A stretch of 64,000 nt of DNA from Eledone cirrhosa (Eukaryota): NCBI GenBank assembly GCA_964016885.1, contig OZ024740.1, positions 64,046,001 through 64,110,000 on the forward strand. The letters are read 5' to 3'. Shown piece by piece: positions 1 through 14,034 of this stretch. The notes under the pieces are model-generated. The model had not been told where the DNA came from. It saw only the letters and a list, made by a program, of their open reading frames with translations, and ran no database searches. The stretch's first letter is position 1, and every line of letters begins with the position of its first letter. The translations under genes were made by a program, and so were the position numbers.

Positions 1-1
1 T

Positions 2-709
2 CAAGAATTAAGCAATATCATTTTTAATAATCATAATAATGTCCCTAACTTAAGAAGAATAATTGGAGGAAGATTTCATGATGGAAATCAGCAATGTGCT
101 CATGAATTTTGGAAAGAACTCTCTCTACATTTGGACTTGGTATTTAGAGAAAAACTTCAATTTATTCAAACTGATCATACTAGATGCATCCGATTGCATC
201 AAACAAATTGCCAAGCTTTAAATAACAACGTTTGCAATTGTAATTCAAGACTTCCATTTCAAATAAAAGAGGATTTGATATTAAATCCTATTAATGGCAC
301 ACAGCAATTTAAATCTCTACTTTCAACAACAAATACTTTGACTAAATACTGTGATACTTGTTCTGAAAATACTGAGCATCAAATAACTTCAAGAATTGAA
401 TTTACTAACGATTTCAAATATCTTGTCATATCAATTAGTAGATTTTTGATTAATAATGAAGGAGAACAAAGAATTAATTGTGATATTATGAACTTTAGCT
501 AAAAGAAGCAGCAAATATATGGCACAAATTTCACATTAACAGCTGCTATTCTTCATGAAGGAGTATTATCTACGGCAGGCCATTATACTTGTCTGGTAAA
601 AAGTGGTGCTGAAAATTGGGATGAAATTAGTGACAACATTATCAAAAGATGGCACAATAAATGTCCTCCTAAGTTAGCTAATGTCGTTGTATTATTTATG
701 TTTCCATAA
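2..709 (+). pseudogene. Ubiquitin-specific protease (peptidase C19/USP) domain, C-terminal part, intronless, one in-frame stop
   Basis: Frame 2 is open from the window start: ...GRFHDGNQQCAHEFW (USP QQDAxEF box), a CxxC (YCDTC), then after TAA at 500-502 the same frame reads AAILHEGVLSTAGHYTCLVKSGAENWDEISD (His box HxG...GHY...W...D) and VVVLFM. The N-terminal Cys box would lie outside the window. Confidence 0.75.
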
Positions 710-785
710 ATAATTGTTTCTACTTTAGGCACAAGGGTAATTGCTGGCCTTGTGCCTAAAGTAGAAACAATTATTTATGGAAACA
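699..785. mobile_element. Fold-back insertion of a SINE 3' end (38-bp arms, 11-nt loop)
   Basis: tgtttccataaataattgtttctactttaggcacaagg (699-736) is the reverse complement of 748-785. The core gggtaattgctggccttgtgcctaaagtagaaacaattat equals the 3' end of the SINE seen at 36397-36437 and 54333-54373. Confidence 0.85.
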
Positions 786-799
786 ATTTAGATTTTTGA

Positions 800-965
800 A
801 TTTGGACTATTGATCTTGGACTACCAACTTATAATTAAGACTACTGTTAATTCTGGACTACTTCATTTTGTTTTGGACTAGTTGCTGATGATTATTTTTG
901 ACTAAATGCTGATTCTGGACTACTTAATTTTATTTTTGACTACTTAATTTTATTTATTTTTGACT
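800..965 (+). repeat. Degenerate ~15-25-bp minisatellite built on (t/g)gacta
   Basis: Roughly nine recurrences of ttggacta/ctggacta/tttgacta at irregular short spacing. Confidence 0.55.
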
Positions 966-1293
966 CAGTTATTTTAATTGCTTGTTTTTCTAGCATCTTT
1001 AATAACTTCACTTGTTAAGTTAAACTCTAAATTGACCATTAGAGTATAGTCAATTATAGCTTTGTCTCTATGGGCACACCTGAAGGCGTGTAGTAAGGGT
1101 GTTCAGAAAAGGCAAATGTCTCTATTGATTATATTCTACAGCATACCTTTTCAATTTTAATATTTTGGATTTTATAGAATAATTGAAATGAAAAATTTAT
1201 TTTTATTGATGAAAAAAGGAGTGTAAATGCCTTAGCAAATGGTCAAGGTCATTTAAATAAAATAATTTCCTGCAATGCCTTAAAAAAAGGGGG

Positions 1294-2364
1294 ACTAGAC
1301 CAAAAAATGCGGGCGCATGTGTATTAATATTCTTAAATAATAATAAACCTGGAAAAGTACAGGACAAGTAGAATTAACTCTTGAAATATTGAAGCTGGAA
1401 TTTGAATTTGATGAATTAAATGTACAATAATAAGCCTATGGCATCACACTTAATCACAAGGAGGTAAAGGTTGTTAAGATGGCATGGAACAGGACATTTC
1501 GGTGCAGGCATTTCTGTGCCAGAGTTTCAGCACTGGCATGTGGAATGGTCATTCCTAGCTCTTTCATGGATAGATTTCGAATAACACAAGAATGACCTAA
1601 AGACAACCAAGATAATTTTTTACTTTAATTATTAATTAAATAATTAGAAACGATCTAGAAATCACCTTTATTCATTAGGAATGGCCTAGTTAATCTGTGG
1701 TGCTAATCTCTAAAAGATAGTCTCTGCTTTCCTCATAAGAAAGGAACAGTAATCCAGATTATCAATCAGAATGATATCGCACTTGATCACTAACTTTTCT
1801 TTTTGAAATACAGTTGACTATCTCTAATTGTCACTCAAAGGAACTGTAAAAATGACTGACAATTAGGGAGAGTCAACTGTAATTCGATCTTGACAAATTT
1901 TGGCTTAATTTTTTAAAAATGAAATTAGATTAATAATTTTAATATGATGACAATTTATGCAAAATTTAGCTCATTACTTTTTACTATTAATTTCAATTAA
2001 TTTTTAATGTCAATTTTTCAAGTAATACAGTATAATTAACCCACTAAAGGGACAAAAAAAGTGACAACTTAAATGAACTGACAATTTATGTACAAAAGAT
2101 TGATGACATTAATTGCATTTGGTTGGCAAAATGGTGATTGCTGACTTAGGCAAACTGATGACTTAATATCTAATAAATCCCCTAATTCATTATTATTTCT
2201 TATTATCTCTTGGCATTGCTAATTTTACTGTACATTGAATTCATCAAATTCAAATTCCAGCTTCAATATTTCAAGAGTTAATTCTACTTGTCCTGTACTT
2301 TTCCAGGTTTATTATTATTTAAGAATATTAATACACATGCGCCAGCATTTCATTTTTCGGTCTA

Positions 2365-2366
<2 letters not shown>
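1294..2366. mobile_element. Non-coding element with ~137-bp terminal inverted repeats (ACTAGACC...GGTCTAGT)
   Basis: 1294-1430 is the near-perfect reverse complement of 2225-2366. There is an internal hairpin at ~1809-1882, the right end abuts (TA)n, and no TSD is seen. Confidence 0.7.
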
Positions 2367-2404
<38 letters not shown>

Positions 2405-2566
2405 CAAGGGGTCAACAGAACAGGAGTGTGCGGATCATATGGTCTGTCGGTTGTGAAGTAGATAAAAAGAAGCGCTCAACGCCCTGTATAAATGGTAAAA
2501 ACAGAGCATTATATGTTAATAAAAGATCGGAGGTCATATTCAGTTGATTCACGTTTATTCAAAACT

Positions 2567-2624
2567 CCGTTATACATATTTTACTGAGGACTATGAATTA
2601 TGTTAGCCTGAGCTCTTCAGACGG
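2567..2624 (-). ncRNA. Type-I hammerhead ribozyme relic (G12A)
   Basis: Minus strand: CCGT-CTGAAGA-GCTCAGGCTA..TAGTCCTCAGT-AAAA-TATGTA-TA-ACGG. Stem I is CCGT/ACGG; GAAA is mutated to AAAA. Confidence 0.6.
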
Positions 2625-2630
2625 CAAAAC

Positions 2631-2844
2631 CTAAAATAAATATAGAAAGTTCCTAAGAAACACTTAAATTTGGAAAAATAGAATAATTTCCTCGAAAAAA
2701 GATTTTGTTTTCAAATACAAGTGCCGGTCGTCGTAGAAACAAAACTACGCGTTCGGCCGGACCCTTGTATCATGACAACAAAATCTTTTTTCGGGGAAAT
2801 TATTAGATTTTTCCAATTTCTTAGGATATGTCTGTTTATTTTAG
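2631..2844. repeat. Imperfect ~215-bp hairpin (MITE-like)
   Basis: ctaaaataaa..ttggaaaaata.aataatttcctcgaaaaaagattttgtt..atacaag is mirrored by cttgtat..aacaaaatcttttttcggggaaattatt..tttttccaa..tttattttag. Confidence 0.65.
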
Positions 2845-2845
2845 T

Positions 2846-3522
2846 AAAACGATAAATGGAAAAAATGAAACGAAATTTCATTTCTCACTCTTAGTACGGC
2901 TATTACTTAAATATAGGTATGTACGGCTTAATTCAAACAAACCGAGCATTATAATAAATGTTCGGTAAATCCATACGTACATATATATATGTGTGCATGT
3001 ATGTATTTACATACATATATGTATGTACGTATACATACATACTTACATTTAAGTATCAGCCGTACTAAGAGTGAGAAATGAAATTTCGTTTTTTCCTTTT
3101 ATCGTTTTCGGTGCGCTCGGCCGATTAACTCACTCGATATGCAAATTAGGCTGCTCAGCCGTTAATATGCATAAGGAAAGTATATACTTTCAGACGTTCA
3201 ATCATCTGACAGGAAGGTATACGGTGCTGACGATAGCTAATAAGCTTGAAACTTGTACATCGTTCCTTTGTCAGTGTTGAACAAAAAGGCAACGATGGTT
3301 GCTAAACACCGTACGGCTTAATTCGGGATGTTTGTTTACAAACAACCCGAGCATTATAATAAATGTCCGGTAAATCCATACGTACATATATATATGTGTG
3401 CATGTATGTATATATACATACTACTGTACGTCTGTATACATATATGTATGTACGTATACATACTTATATTTAAGTAAAAGCCGTACTAAGAGTGAGAAAT
3501 GAAATTTCGTTTCATTTTTTCC
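2846..3522 (+). mobile_element. Non-autonomous hammerhead-containing element (family A): more than one tandem unit plus a short inverted 5' segment
   Basis: The segment ccgtactaagagtgagaaatgaaatttcg occurs at ~3060 and ~3481. An inverted copy of the same end lies at 2846-2920, and the element ends in a TA run. Confidence 0.75.
3222..3262 (+). ncRNA. Minimal type-I hammerhead ribozyme (family A)
   Basis: CGGTG-CTGACGA-TAGCT-AATA-AGCTT-GAAA-CTTG-TA-CATCG; 5-bp stem I, intact core. Confidence 0.7.
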
Positions 3523-3802
3523 ATATATATATATATAAACGGAAACAATGAAACGAAATTTCATTTCTCACTCTTAGTACGGTTGTTACTTAAATATAAC
3601 TATGTATACGTACATACATATATGTATACAGACGTACAGTAGTATGTATACATATATACATACATACACACATATATATATGTACGTATGGATTCACCGA
3701 ACATTTATTATAATGCTCGGTGTGTTTGTAAACAAACATCCCGAATTAAGCCGTAGTGTCTAACAACCATCGCTGCTCATTTGTTCAACACTCACAAAGG
3801 AA

Positions 3803-3843
3803 CGCTGTACTAGTTTCAAGCTTATTAGCTATCGTCAGCAACG
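3803..3843 (-). ncRNA. Minimal type-I hammerhead ribozyme (family A)
   Basis: CGTTG-CTGACGA-TAGCT-AATA-AGCTT-GAAA-CTAG-TA-CAGCG; palindromic CTAG stem III as in PLE-type minimal hammerheads. Confidence 0.75.
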
Positions 3844-4233
3844 TATACCTTCCTGCCAGATGATTGAACGTCTGAAAGTATATACTTTCCTTATACATAT
3901 TAACGGCTGAACAGCCTAATTTGCATATCGAGTGAGTTAATCGGCCGGGGTACCGAAAACGATAAACGGAAAAAATGAAACGAAATTTCATTTCTCACTC
4001 TTAGTACGGCTGTTACTTAAATATAACTATGTATACGTACATACATATATGTATACAGACGTACAGTAGTATGTATATATATATACATACATGCACACAT
4101 ATATATATATATGTACGTATGAATTCACCGAACATTTATTATAATGCTCGGTGTGTTTGTAAACAAACATCCCGAATTAAGCCGTAGTGTCTAGCAACCA
4201 TCGTTGCTCATTTGTTCAACACTGACAAAGGAA

Positions 4234-4274
4234 TGCTGTACTAGTTTCAAGCTTATTAGCTATCGTCAGCAACG
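4234..4274 (-). ncRNA. Minimal type-I hammerhead ribozyme (family A)
   Basis: Same motif as 3803-3843, 431 nt away; core intact. Confidence 0.75.
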
Positions 4275-4394
4275 TATACCTTCCTGCCAGATGATTGAAC
4301 GTCTGAAAGTATATACTTTCCTTATGCATATTAACGGCTGAGCAGCCTAATTTGCATATCGAGTGTATATATATAAGTATGTATACATATATGT

Positions 4395-4414
4395 ATGTAC
4401 GTATACATACTTTA

Positions 4415-4505
<91 letters not shown>
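4395..4505. repeat. (TA)n microsatellite
   Basis: Direct reading. Many similar TA tracts occur, e.g. 2366-2402, 9267-9359, 9513-9598, 40126-40189, 43600-43665, 45090-45190. Confidence 0.95.
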
Positions 4506-4512
<7 letters not shown>

Positions 4513-4916
4513 CACTCAATGAGATAGTAGCCTTTCAAGTGAGTGAATATAATAGTTAATTAGTAAGATGACAATGTTTTGGTAATGATACTTCCGTATC
4601 AAATTTCTGGATGGATCCCGTTTCTGTGAAGTATTCTGTCTATAACAGTTATTAAAAGTGTTATGTGCACAACATTGCCTAATATCACAAGATTTGGAAT
4701 TAGGGCTGCAATGCGTTGTCTTTAAAGTGAACACATCTACAGAGAATGGTAGCCTTACCAAATATAGCAGTTCAATGGTGTCGTGACACGTGACCTCTAA
4801 AAAAGAGGAAGACCGCTGTTGAGAATAAAGACGCTTTGGTGGGTTGAATTAAAAAACTGGTATTTTCGCGCTGTGGAATCAGAACTACACGTCAACAAAG
4901 CGAACTTAATAACATG

Positions 4917-4920
<4 letters not shown>

Positions 4921-4970
<50 letters not shown>

Positions 4971-5033
4971 TCTCTCCCTCTTTCTCTCTATCTCCCTCTC
5001 TCTCCCTCACACACACACACACATATATATATA
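4921..5033. repeat. (TC)n-(CA)n-(TA)n compound microsatellite
   Basis: Direct reading. Confidence 0.95.
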
Positions 5034-5203
5034 TAGGAAAAGAGTCAGGTACCCGACGGCTGAGCTCGAACCGTTTCGACAGCTATATCCGAAAATTCGG
5101 ATCTAGCTGTCCTGACTCTTTTTCTATTACCCACTCTACTACCCTAAATATCGAGTACTCTGGTATGTTATGGTCCATCTGGTTTCTTACCACTCTTTCT
5201 TTG

Positions 5204-5205
<2 letters not shown>
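5033..5205. mobile_element. Short fold-back element related to 9361-9513
   Basis: aggaaaagagtcagg...cctgactctttttct arms plus an internal cagctatatccgaa/ttcggatctagctg hairpin. It shares ttcggatctagctg and cctgactcttttcctat with 9361-9513. Confidence 0.6.
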
Positions 5206-5242
<37 letters not shown>

Positions 5243-5850
5243 CAAAATAAGTGGAGGAGAAGGCAATACATTCAAATACAAAATTTATTTCTTACGCTGT
5301 TTCATCTCAATATGACAGTTCCATACATATATGTGTGTACGTATGCATGTGTAATCTTCAAAGAAGTAACATTGTTTATAATGATGTTACTGGAAGGTAG
5401 TCCAAATTATATAGCAAATTATATAGCAAATTATATAGCAGCGAACGAAAATTACCATTACTGGAATAAATATTCCTTTACAGGAGAGATAAAGACACGT
5501 CTGAGTGCATCACTTAGAACGACAGATTTGAATTAGGTCTAATTTGTAAATAAAAAATAGCGGTTACAAAGGGGCATGAAAATCTAAGGGAAGAAACTAT
5601 GGTTCATTTATTAGAAAAAAAGGGCGACTAATTATTAATTATAACAGGCCAAGTTAAGTGACATTGATAGAGTGGTATCTACCAGTCTATGGTAGGACCA
5701 ATAACACTGTTAGAATTAATTTTTCCAACGAGCACAGATGATGAGGGATTAGACCTTATATCGATTTATTATGATCAATCAGCTCTCTGAAACGATCCTA
5801 AAACAATGAACTGATTAAGCACTAAACTTTATCTTTTGTTTCGATTGTTG

Positions 5851-6165
<315 letters not shown>

Positions 6166-6619
6166 ATATATGTACACATTTATCTATGTACATCATTTAC
6201 ATATGTACATTTTCGTATATTCATTTATATCCTATATACATTTATACGCATATTAACTATATTTTTCTCTATTCTAAACACATAGCTTTCAAATTCTGGT
6301 CTCAATTACTTATTAAATTGTTTTTTCTCCCTTGAGACCATTGCCTAAAAATTTAATTTTACAGTTTGGAAAGTCGTTTCATTAAACGTGTCACCAAAGT
6401 GAAATAAATCAAAGCAAAATTACTACATTTCAGCATCTTCTCCGAGTATTATTGATTAAATTATAAACATTTTCACATATCGTAGCTTGTTGTTTATATA
6501 TGTTTTACTAGTTTCACTCTTCTTCGTTTAGTTAAGCCAAATATAGGAGTGGTATGACGCTGTGTATTTTGTATTAGGTGTAATATTTAAATATTTTTTG
6601 TTATTGTCTTAATCTTTCA

Positions 6620-6720
6620 CCGGTTTCCGCCAATACTCTGCGGCAATTTTGTGTTGAACCGCTAAATTAGGGGACATAAACACAGACAGACAGACAGACA
6701 GACATACAGACAGACATAAG

Positions 6721-6765
<45 letters not shown>

Positions 6766-6880
6766 GTATACAGCGGAGTTTCTGTCTACCAAATTTCACT
6801 AACATGGGTGTGATCAACCCGACGCTATTGCAGAAGATACTTGCCCACATTGCCACGTAGTTGCACTGTAGACTCCTTAA
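6620..6880 (-). mobile_element. Degenerate CORE-type SINE relic
   Basis: tctaccaaatttcact...agaagatacttgcccacattgccacgtag resembles the reverse complement of a CORE domain (ccttgggcaagtgtctt) as I recall it; contains an internal microsatellite. Confidence 0.45.
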
Positions 6881-7245
6881 CTAAACTGACTATTGAGCCA
6901 ACAATGTCACGTTGCTTTCAGTTGGTATTTCTATATTAGTATACATTTATCTTATTTTTTCATTTCTTGTTTTACCGCACACTAGACCGACATTTTGCGT
7001 TTCCGGTTGCGTATCGGTTCTTTTCAATGAAAATGTTGCTAGTCCTCTCACTCAGCACAACCCCATTTATGGAACAGTCTCCCATGACGTTTCTAAGGGC
7101 TGATTTCGAGAGCTGCAGTCAAATCAATGAAATGAGTAGACCACGGAGATCGAAATAAAAGGAAAAGGTTGTTCCCATTATATCAATGTGTGTGCAAGTA
7201 TATATATATATAGTTAAAAGAATAGAGGTGTAACACACAAGTTAT

Positions 7246-9360
<2,115 letters not shown>

Positions 9361-9361
<1 letters not shown>

Positions 9362-9509
9362 CATTTACATTGGGAAAGAGTCAGGACCCCGACAGAGGGT
9401 GTGGTACGATACCATGTGGACAATACTGGTGGCTTAGTTCGGATCTAGCTGGCGGAACGGCCGGAGCTCAACTGTCAACTATTGGGGTCCTGACTCTTTT
9501 CCTATGTAA

Positions 9510-9513
<4 letters not shown>
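9361..9513. mobile_element. ~150-bp element with 30-bp terminal inverted repeats inside (TA)n
   Basis: acatttacattgggaaagagtcaggacccc ... ggggtcctgactcttttcctatgtaaatgt; long TA tracts on both sides. Confidence 0.75.
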
Positions 9514-9603
<90 letters not shown>

Positions 9604-9763
9604 ATACTTTGGAAGGGTCATGTTGCCAATAAGAAACACACGCACCAGATGTGTCCACTCCAATTTATTAGAAATTAAAAAACTTAAAAAAAAATTTTCT
9701 AAATTTTTTTATAAATTTCCGGTTGGTTGGTTGGTTCCACAACCGGACGGTTTTTCATATATT

Positions 9764-9806
9764 GTCAAAGTTCTTTCGTCACACATTCTGTGACCTCTTC
9801 AGTGAC
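9764..9806 (-). ncRNA. Hammerhead motif in inverted pLTR
   Basis: Reverse-complement copy of 13992-14034. Confidence 0.6.
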
Positions 9807-10729
9807 TGGGGATTCTTTTCTTTGTTTTGTGCCTCTTCTTTCTTCTGTCCTACGCCATCTTGTTTTTGTGTGTGTTGTGTGATTAGTTTGCGCATGTGTT
9901 ACATCCGGGTGTCTGTGTGTGTTTTTATTTGTTTATTTATTTTTTAATTTATATGCTACTAGTTAGTTGTTTGTTCTATGTGTGTGTGTTTTCATTTTGT
10001 CCTTAATTGTAAGTTGTGATGTTGCTATTCCATTCATGTTTTCTATTTAATTTTGGTTGGAGTTCATTTATGTTTATTGTCTCTGTGATTTGTCTAAACA
10101 TTGCGTCTTTTCTGTGTGTAGATTTTATTTTTATTTCTATGTTCTCTAATTTGCCCTTATGTTCTATTTTAGCATGTTGGTGGAGTACTGATGAATCTTT
10201 TCTATCTTGAAGCTCTCGCCAATGTTCATTTAATCGTTCTCCTATACTACGAGCTGTACACTATATTCTTATCTTTACATTGTCCTTCAGTACATCTTAT
10301 GCTATATACTATGTTTCTAGTTTTACAGTTAATATGGGGGTTTAGTTTACAGATTATGCATTTCTTATCTATACAGGGAAGTCTTCGAAAAGGGTATGTA
10401 TTACTAATAAGTGTTTTTATGGAGGTACCTGGTCTTTCTACTATCTTAATATTCATTTTAAGTTTATCTAGGGCCCTTCTAAATTTGAAAGCTAATTCAC
10501 CTCTAGGGGTTGTATTGATGAACATTACACTCTGGTATTTATTGCTACCATACCATGAGTTTATTCTATTAACCTTATTCCTAGTTCTTTCTATTCTATT
10601 CCAAAATTTGCTCCTATACAAGGGGCAGGTCCCATTTGTATCATTATTTACCATTTTTCCCATTTGGTTCTGGCTCCTCTATATACTCTGATTTTATCTC
10701 TTTGATTAGAGGAACCAGAACCAAATGGG

Positions 10730-13700
10730 AAAAGATTAACGGATGAATCCAACAACAACAACACAAATATATACGGCAACACTACAGTAGACCCTGATGA
10801 ACTATCCATATTACAGCTACCACCTAAATATACCACATATAATAAGGTAAATATGATAAGATGCTTGTCAGAAATAGAAAAATCATTTACAAAATTACGT
10901 TGGAGCCTAAAAAACAACAACAAAAACAAAAACAAAAGTAACAACATACGCATACACACACACAACACACATCCCAACAACAACAGACACACAGACACAA
11001 ACAACGATAACAACAACAACAATAACAACATACACAGAGACAACAACAACAGACACACATACACAAACAACAATAACAATAACAACACACAACAATAATA
11101 ACAACATACACAGAGACAACAATAACAACAACAACACACATCAACAGCAACAACACACACACATCCTATGCCTCTCACCACTACCACAATCTTAACAGAC
11201 ACACAGACACAGAAAACAGGTAATGACAGTAAAACAGAAGTAAGGGAAGGTAATGGGATTGAAAGAAAAATGGAGACTATCGATACTGACACAGAAAATA
11301 ACCAGGACGAACACACAGACACAAAATAGAGTAAATAGTAACAATGAGCCAGAGGAAAGAGACAGGAGTAATAATGAGAGATATAGAAACAACCATGAGG
11401 CTGTTGGTGGAAATAGAAATAGAAACAACACAACTAACAATAACAATAGCAATAGAACACATAACGCAGCAGCCTGGAATTCTACTTTTTATAATCCTTC
11501 CGATATGTCCTTCGACCTACGACGAGTCCACGCAATGACTTTAGCTTTTAACAAACGCACACAATTGCCGTCGCAGGTAGATGAACAAACAGAAGCACAA
11601 TTTAATATAGCTAGATCTAAACTTAGAAATATTATAGAACAGTATAGCAAGAAGCAAAATAGAATGAAGGCCCAGCAACTGGGAGAAAAATCTGCAAATG
11701 GCTTGCGTAAGCTCATGCAGCGGTCACGTAATTGAGAGATTGCATGCTTTCCAACAGACAAGTCTGGCAGAATGTCGGTTGACAGTCTGTCAAACTACAT
11801 CCAGGCAATGCAACCCCACATCACTAACACAAGAGAAGTAACACCACAAGAGCATGAGGATAGGGAGAAAACCCTCAATGCTCATATGATGATGTGGACA
11901 AACATAATGCAGCCCAATAAACGGACTGCCAACAACTTCGAGGCCTGGAACAATGATGTGCCAACGTTGTATGGGCTTCGAAAAGACCATAAGACGAACA
12001 GTGACCCAGTCACAGGACCACCAACACGGCCAGCCTGTGGAGCTAACATTACTACATACTTTCCTACTTACTCTTCCTGATCGTACGCCCCATCAATGAA
12101 ATGTCCCCGGATATATGTGACAGCACGGAGGACCTCCTCAGCAGAATCAGCGAAAATAACCGATCTAGGGACCTAACAGAATGTATAATAAGTAGTATGG
12201 ATGTTGTGTCCCTATACCCATCCATTGACGTGGATTTTGCTCTGGAGAAATGCGTAGAAATGATCAGTGAGAGCAATGTTGAATTCCGTGGGATTGATAC
12301 CAGTGAGCTGGGACTCCTACTTAAACTTACTTATAGTAATGATTATGTAGATACGTATGACCTTAGCAACCTCTGCCCCACAAGGCCAGCAAGAGGCAGA
12401 CCGCCTACCATTACCTCAATGGCCAAGAAAACCCACACAGAAAGATGGAACGGGTGGACCAGAACCATACAGACCCCCGAAAACCATGATGAACTAAAGA
12501 AAATGATTGCACATGCGGTGGGGGCCAGTATAAAACTAACCCTTAAGGAACATATGTTCAAATTTAATGGAAAAAACATATTCCCAAGAGGAAGGAGCAG
12601 CCATTGGTGTTAGCATTGCAGGTGACATAGCTAACCTATTCATGGTATGGGAACTTAAAAAACAATTAGAAGACAGCAACCTTTTAAACCTGATAATGTA
12701 CTCTCGCTACGTTGATGATATAAACATCGTAGTAAAAACACTCCCTCTAGAGAACAGTCAGGAATTAGAGAAAAACACCACGGAAAGCATCCAGCAAATA
12801 GCTAACTCCATCCACCAGAGTATTAGAGTTACTATAGACTACCCAAGCAAACACCCCAACCATCGATTACCTGTACTAGACACAGAGCATTGGTTAGAAA
12901 CCATTAATAACAAAAAACAAATCCTCCATTCCCATTATGCCAAACCTATGACTTCCAAATATCTGATCCACCGAAACTCACCAAAATCAACATACTGATT
13001 GCGGATTTAGTACGGGTGATGAGAAACGTGTCCCGCATGTCCAACCCAAAGAACTAGAGAGACACATACAACACTTCATCCACCGTATGCAATTCTCTGG
13101 TTACAATCAGAGAGATAAAATCAGAGTATATAGAGGAGCCTGAACCAAATGGGAAAAATGGTAAATAATGATACAAATGGGACCTGCCCCTTGTATAGGA
13201 GCAAAGTTTGGAATAGAATAGAAAGAACTAGGAATAAGGTTAATAGAATAAACTCATGGTATGATAGCAATAAATACCAGAGTGCAATGTTCATCAATAC
13301 AGCCCCTAGAGATGAATTAGCTTACAAATTTAGAAGGGCCCTAGATAAACTTAAACTAAATATTAAGATAGTAGAAAGACCAGGTACCTCCATAAAACAC
13401 TTATTAGTAATACATACCCTTTTCGAAGACTTCCCTGTATAGATAAGAAATGCATAATCTGTAAACTAAACCCCCATATTAACTGTAAAACTAGAAACAT
13501 AGTATATAGCATAAGATGTACTGAAGGACAATGTAAAGATAAGAATATAGTGTACAGCTCGTAGTATAGGAGAACGATTAAATGAACATTGGCGAGAGCT
13601 TCAAGATAGAAAAGATTCATCAGTACTCCACCAACATGCTAAAATAGAACATAAGGGCAAATTAGAGAACATAGAAATAAAAATAAAATCTACACACAGA

Positions 13701-13790
13701 AAAGACGCAATGTTTAGACAAATCACAGAGACAATAAACATAAATGAACTCCAACCAAATTAAATAAAAAACATGAATGGAATAGCAACA
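10730..13790 (+). pseudogene. PLE reverse transcriptase + GIY-YIG endonuclease, disrupted
   Basis: FPTDKSG, LYGLRKDHK..P.RP, SMDVVSLYPSI, YSQEEGAAIG..IANLFM, YSRYVDD, LPVLD, a Cys-rich linker CxxxxCxxC..C then NIVYSIRC..ERLNEH; several stops and frameshifts. Confidence 0.88.
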
Positions 13791-13991
13791 TCACAACTTA
13801 CAATTAAGGACAAAATGAAAACACACATACATAGAACAAACAACCAACCAGTAACATATAAATAAGCAAATAAAAATACACACAGACACCCGGATGTAAC
13901 ACATGCGCAAACTAATCACATAACACACACAAAAACAAAATAGCGTAGGACAGAACAAAGGAGAGGCACAAAACAAAGAGAAGAATCCCCA

Positions 13992-14034
13992 GTCACTGAA
14001 GAGGTCACAGAATGTGTGACGAAAGAACTTTGAC
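13992..14034 (+). ncRNA. Minimal type-I hammerhead in PLE pLTR
   Basis: GTCA-CTGAAGA-G-GTCACA-GAATG-TGTGAC-GAAA-GAAC-TT-TGAC; 4-bp stem I, 6-bp stem II, located downstream of the GIY-YIG ORF. Confidence 0.65.

Larger units (their letters stand above)
3536..4395 (-). mobile_element. Family A head-to-tail dimer (~430-bp unit)
   Basis: 3536-3962 is repeated directly at 3963-~4365 with high identity. It is flanked by (TA)n and oriented opposite to the 2846-3522 copy. Confidence 0.85.

Noticed and set aside
3071-3280. Recurring 60-100-aa ORF (…HSICKLGCSAVNMHKES…) as a small protein family
   Set aside because: It recurs only because family A copies are similar; starts differ, no domain is recognisable, and the region is better explained as ribozyme RNA.
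5735-5800. gatgatga...gaaacgatc as a hammerhead
   Set aside because: The core lacks C3 and the stems are not convincing.
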